The position numbers and the translations under genes are program-made. The notes under the pieces were generated by a model, which was given only the letters and a program-made list of their open reading frames with translations, made no database searches and had not been told where the DNA came from. Shown here one piece after another: positions 60,604 through 64,000 of a stretch of DNA of 64,000 bases. The stretch spans positions 472,986 through 536,985 of the forward strand of contig PTJY01000001.1 in assembly GCA_002937505.1 (NCBI GenBank), written 5' to 3'. Source of the stretch: Alphaproteobacteria bacterium MarineAlpha12_Bin1. Its GTDB lineage: Bacteria > Pseudomonadota > Alphaproteobacteria > UBA6615. Position 1 is the stretch's first letter. Every line of letters starts with the position of its first letter.

Positions 60604-61503
60604 TCAAACCGGATCTGAATCTCGAATATTATCAAATTGGGGATAAAGTAAACTATAATCTTTTTCAGACATCCCCATATTTATTGCTTTTTCAAGAAAA
60701 TTATAGGTCTGATTTGTGTAGTTTGCTTCCACTCCCATGGAATGGGCCATTCGGACTGCCATCCCAAGGTCCTTATTTAGGTTGTATACTCGAGATCTCG
60801 CATCCCATGTTTCTGACAGAATATGTCTAGGAAAACGAAACTCACTCGAATAACTTCGAGCATTAGAATTGTTAAAGACTTCAATCATGTCCTTAAGAGA
60901 AATACCGGCAGCTTCCGCCAGACGCCCAGCCTCACAATTCGTGAGAAATATTGTATGTACGACCATATTATGTATGAGCTTCATGGCGTGCCCAGCTCCA
61001 CTTTCTCCAAGATAATAAATATTTTTTGCAATCGAAACCAATAGATCACGATGTTTGTTAAAAACATCTTCATTACCACCAATCATAAGAGTGAGTTCTC
61101 CCGAATCCGCTCCCGTGGCGCCGCCACTCATTGCTGCATCCATGTAATAAATTCCCTTTTCGGAAGCCAGCGCCGCAACCCTTTTCGTGTCTTCGGGAAA
61201 TGAAGTTGTTAAATCAAAAATGGTTGTCTCAGGAAAAGCGTTGGCTAACACACCCTCATCACCTAGCAATGTTTTTTCTATTTCTAAAGTAGCCGGCACA
61301 ACATAAAACAAAGTAGCACCCTCAAGAGCCATTTTATCAGGCGACATAATAAAAACGTTATTCCGATCTCTAAAATATTCTAGAGCAGAATTATCAATAT
61401 CCCAGACAGCCGTTGAATAGCCTGCCTCAGCAAAATTCTTTGCAACACCGCGCCCCATGTTTCCTAGACCTACGACGCCTACTGAAACTTTAGTCATAAA
61501 CAC
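60604..61503 (-). CDS. NAD(P)-dependent beta-hydroxyacid dehydrogenase (3-hydroxyisobutyrate / tartronate-semialdehyde reductase family)
   Basis: N-terminal Rossmann motif GVVGLGNMG and a 6PGDH-like NAD-binding and dimerisation pattern. Confidence 0.75.
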   Translation of the reverse strand: MFMTKVSVGVVGLGNMGRGVAKNFAEAGYSTAVWDIDNSALEYFRDRNNVFIMSPDKMALEGATLFYVVPATLEIEKTLLGDEGVLANAFPETTIFDLTTSFPEDTKRVAALASEKGIYYMDAAMSGGATGADSGELTLMIGGNEDVFNKHRDLLVSIAKNIYYLGESGAGHAMKLIHNMVVHTIFLTNCEAGRLAEAAGISLKDMIEVFNNSNARSYSSEFRFPRHILSETWDARSRVYNLNKDLGMAVRMAHSMGVEANYTNQTYNFLEKAINMGMSEKDYSLLYPQFDNIRDSDPV

Positions 61504-61571
61504 TACTCCATTGTTATTTTATAAAAAATGCAACTAACTCTGCGAACTAAGTTTCTTAGCGAGCTGTTTAA

Positions 61572-62693
61572 TTATTGATAATATTCATCGAGGTTTAACG
61601 GCAATACAAGCTCTTGCCTTCTTCTAGAAGATAAATCCATAGCCATAGTCAAAAGGAGGTTCATATGCCCTTCAGCAGCTGTTGCATGCGGAGTTTTCAT
61701 CCCCGTATATAAATGTTGATACCAAGAATTGGTTTCCTCCCTCATAGGGCCCCAAAACTGTCCATTATAAACATCCCCAGCAGGATAGCTGGTCAGGAAA
61801 TCCACATGTCGTTGATACTCTGGAGTAAATCCATCCGGCACGTAGCCGCCTCCTTGTGGAACTTCTGTGGCTAAAACCAAATCACGATGTGTGTCTTCAA
61901 CATCTATCACGCCTTTATCGCCAATAATACCTATCTCTAAACCATATACGGCCCCCGGCCACACTACTGGAGCAGCCCAGCTAATATTCATAGAAAACAT
62001 CGTGTCATCGTCCATTACAAACACACCAAAAGTCGAATCTTTAGTGCCATACTGTGAAAGGGCTAGATCATTAGAACGAGCATAAACTGATACCGGCGTC
62101 TTTCCTTCCATTAACCACATAGACATATCTAGAGCATGCGTTCCTGAAACAACCATTGGGGTTAAGTTTTGACGTTGATTGGTTCTCTGCACAGTTGCGA
62201 TAGGTACCATGCGGTTCATTATTGCCCGAGTAACCACGCCTGTGACCTGACCAATTTGGCCATTGTTAAGACGTTCTTTAATCGCAAGAAATCGCCTTCG
62301 GAATCTATTCGTGTAGCCTACAACGGCATCTACTTCAGCATCTTCAATAGCGTTTAAAACCTTCTGGGATTCTCTAACATCCGTTGCCAGCGGTTTTTCT
62401 ATAAATAAATTATGACCCTGTTCGACTGCAGAAAGTATAGGAAGCATATGATGATTCTCATCAGTTGAGATAATAACAGCATTCACTTCCGGCCGCTTCA
62501 CAAGTTCTTCATAATTAGTCGTAAAAAAATCAGCGCCAGTATCTTCGACTAATTTTTGGCCTAGGTCTTCTTTGAGGTCACATAGCCCTAACCAACCGAT
62601 CCCTGGATAATCTCGAGCCATTTCAGCTCGAATCCGACCTATAGTGCCACAACCTATTATGGCCAAACCAATTTCTTTACGTGTGCTTGTCAT
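61572..62693 (-). CDS. Gfo/Idh/MocA-family oxidoreductase
   Basis: N-terminus IGLAIIGCGTIG and EKP motif (LFIEKP). Confidence 0.8.
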   Translation of the reverse strand: MTSTRKEIGLAIIGCGTIGRIRAEMARDYPGIGWLGLCDLKEDLGQKLVEDTGADFFTTNYEELVKRPEVNAVIISTDENHHMLPILSAVEQGHNLFIEKPLATDVRESQKVLNAIEDAEVDAVVGYTNRFRRRFLAIKERLNNGQIGQVTGVVTRAIMNRMVPIATVQRTNQRQNLTPMVVSGTHALDMSMWLMEGKTPVSVYARSNDLALSQYGTKDSTFGVFVMDDDTMFSMNISWAAPVVWPGAVYGLEIGIIGDKGVIDVEDTHRDLVLATEVPQGGGYVPDGFTPEYQRHVDFLTSYPAGDVYNGQFWGPMREETNSWYQHLYTGMKTPHATAAEGHMNLLLTMAMDLSSRRRQELVLPLNLDEYYQ

Positions 62694-62957
62694 TACAAAT
62701 TATTCCTCTTTCCTAAATACTCTTGGGCGTTACCTCTTTAACAATTCAGGGATTAAATGGAATTAATTTATTTTATCCTTGATACCTGAAATATAAGGTT
62801 TTGATAATAGAGGTTTATTTAATGTTTGTATTACTAGAATGGGACCGTTTAAAGCATCTAAAGTCCCATAAAGTAACAAAGGTTATTAATTACGGTTGCA
62901 GAGACTAACCGCTTAGGTATAAATCTATTCTAATTAAATTAGATTTTCTAGGAGCAA

Positions 62958-63971
62958 TTGGCAATGTATTCAGTTGATATTCACGCTCATTTTTTTACTC
63001 GAGGTTACATAGATACACTTGATAAGTATGGGCATAAAGTAGATTGGTCTGTCGAGTATAACAATGATGGATCAGTAATAATGAGTTCCCAAAACAACAG
63101 AACTGTAGGCCCTATTGACCCTAGTTATTTTGACATAACTGCCCGATTAGAGGGACTTGAACGGCAAGAGACAGACCTGCATGCTCTTTCTCTAACTAAT
63201 CCAATGTGTCATTTCAGCGACGACTCGCTTAATCTTGATTTGGCTCAAGCATATAATGATGGAACGTCAGAGTTTCATGTAGCGCATCCCGATCGTTTTG
63301 TCGGCCTTATAACGTTACCAATGCTTAATGCAGATGATGCAATAAGAGAATTAGAAAGGGCAGCAAAACTGCCAGGCACTAAAGGTGTCTATATGGGAAC
63401 TAACATAGCCGGCCATAATTTATCCGAAGAGAGGTTCGAAAGCATTTTTGATAAAATAGCAGAACTAAATCTCCCAATATTTTTGCACCCAGGAAATGTA
63501 ATAGGCGCAAACCGGCTTACCCATTATCACACAATCAATACTATCGGAAACCCAACAGACACTGCAGTAGCTGCAACATTCTTGATTTTTAGCGGTATAT
63601 TGGACAAACACCCAAAATTAGAGGTGTGCCTTCCCCACGCAGGAGGCACTTTCCCTATACTAATTGGCAGAATTGATCATGGATGGACCGTCCGCCAGGA
63701 ATGCAAACATTTGACCAACGCACCATCAACTTATTTAAGAAGATTCACATACGACACTATAGGGCACGCAAATTACGTTATGAGATACTTAACTGATTTG
63801 GTTGGCTATGACAGAATTCTACTGGGCAGCGATTTTTGTTTCGACATGGGGCATGAAAAACCTGTTCAGAACGTTAAGAGCTATGATTGGCTTAATGATC
63901 AAGAAAAAAGGGCAATTATTGGAGAAAACGCTTGCCGTATCTTAGGAATAGAAATTCCAGTGGAAATTTAA
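62958..63971 (+). CDS. amidohydrolase-2 family protein (ACMSD/LigW-type decarboxylase or hydratase)
   Basis: N-terminal SVDIHAHFF metal-binding motif plus distal H..H and D ligands. Confidence 0.65.
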   Translation: MAMYSVDIHAHFFTRGYIDTLDKYGHKVDWSVEYNNDGSVIMSSQNNRTVGPIDPSYFDITARLEGLERQETDLHALSLTNPMCHFSDDSLNLDLAQAYNDGTSEFHVAHPDRFVGLITLPMLNADDAIRELERAAKLPGTKGVYMGTNIAGHNLSEERFESIFDKIAELNLPIFLHPGNVIGANRLTHYHTINTIGNPTDTAVAATFLIFSGILDKHPKLEVCLPHAGGTFPILIGRIDHGWTVRQECKHLTNAPSTYLRRFTYDTIGHANYVMRYLTDLVGYDRILLGSDFCFDMGHEKPVQNVKSYDWLNDQEKRAIIGENACRILGIEIPVEI

Positions 63972-64000
63972 CTTAATTTGTTTTTTATTATAAATTTAAC

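Noticed and set aside
1-64000. Mobile elements, integrases, CRISPR arrays, toxin-antitoxin pairs or defence-system ATPases/nucleases. The tRNA-Arg pair was examined as a possible integration hotspot.
   Set aside because: The window contains no transposase, integrase or recombinase gene, and no direct-repeat array. The genes next to the tRNAs are core housekeeping genes (an esterase and gpt). I could not support any defence or mobile-element call.

Overview
This looks like a chromosomal segment from a streamlined, AT-rich alphaproteobacterium. The chvI/chvG pair, yejABEF, and the ffs-dnaX-ybaB-recR and def-fmt-truA blocks support that placement. Genes are tightly packed, intergenic regions are short, and I found no transcriptional regulator apart from chvI.

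The first ~28 kb is a housekeeping block:
- two tandem tRNA-Arg genes, then gpt
- rpmH-rnpA-yidD-yidC-engB
- argB, an HAD nucleotidase, dapD-dapE
- truA-fmt-def on the opposite strand
- rmuC, recR-ybaB-dnaX, with the 4.5S SRP RNA gene (ffs) directly upstream of dnaX
- nudC, pheA-kdsB, an inositol monophosphatase (IMPase)-like gene, an ACT-domain protein, and yejABEF.

From 28.5 to 45.3 kb the content is accessory and metabolic: three glutathione S-transferases (GSTs), two paralogous luciferase-like (LLM) flavin oxidoreductases, an M17 aminopeptidase, a lone bactofilin, amidohydrolase-2 and cupin genes, a short-chain dehydrogenase/reductase (SDR), an MFS transporter, a TRAP transporter with dctP divergent from dctQM, msrB, an orphan ABC ATPase, a small zinc-finger protein (zf-CHCC family) and a GNAT acetyltransferase. 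polA follows, then a tandem cold-shock-domain protein. Next are a copper-chaperone operon (sco1, pcuC-like, a HugZ-family-like (PNPOx/DUF2470) gene, an alpha/beta hydrolase) and chvI-chvG.

The last ~9 kb (55.3-64 kb) reads as an aromatic-type catabolic cluster. It holds an extradiol-dioxygenase-like vicinal oxygen chelate (VOC) protein, an HpaB/DszC-like flavin monooxygenase, two Gfo/Idh/MocA oxidoreductases, a HIBADH-like dehydrogenase and an amidohydrolase-2. It also holds a signal-peptide-less DctP-like protein that is in frame with the preceding unknown ORF across a single TGA.

I found no mobile elements, CRISPR array, toxin-antitoxin pair or recognisable defence system. The most notable sequence-level points are the UCG/ACG tRNA-Arg pair, the unannotated ffs, rpmH and zf-CHCC genes, the in-frame ORF pair at 58.9-60.6 kb, and the sco1-pcuC-HugZ-like operon.
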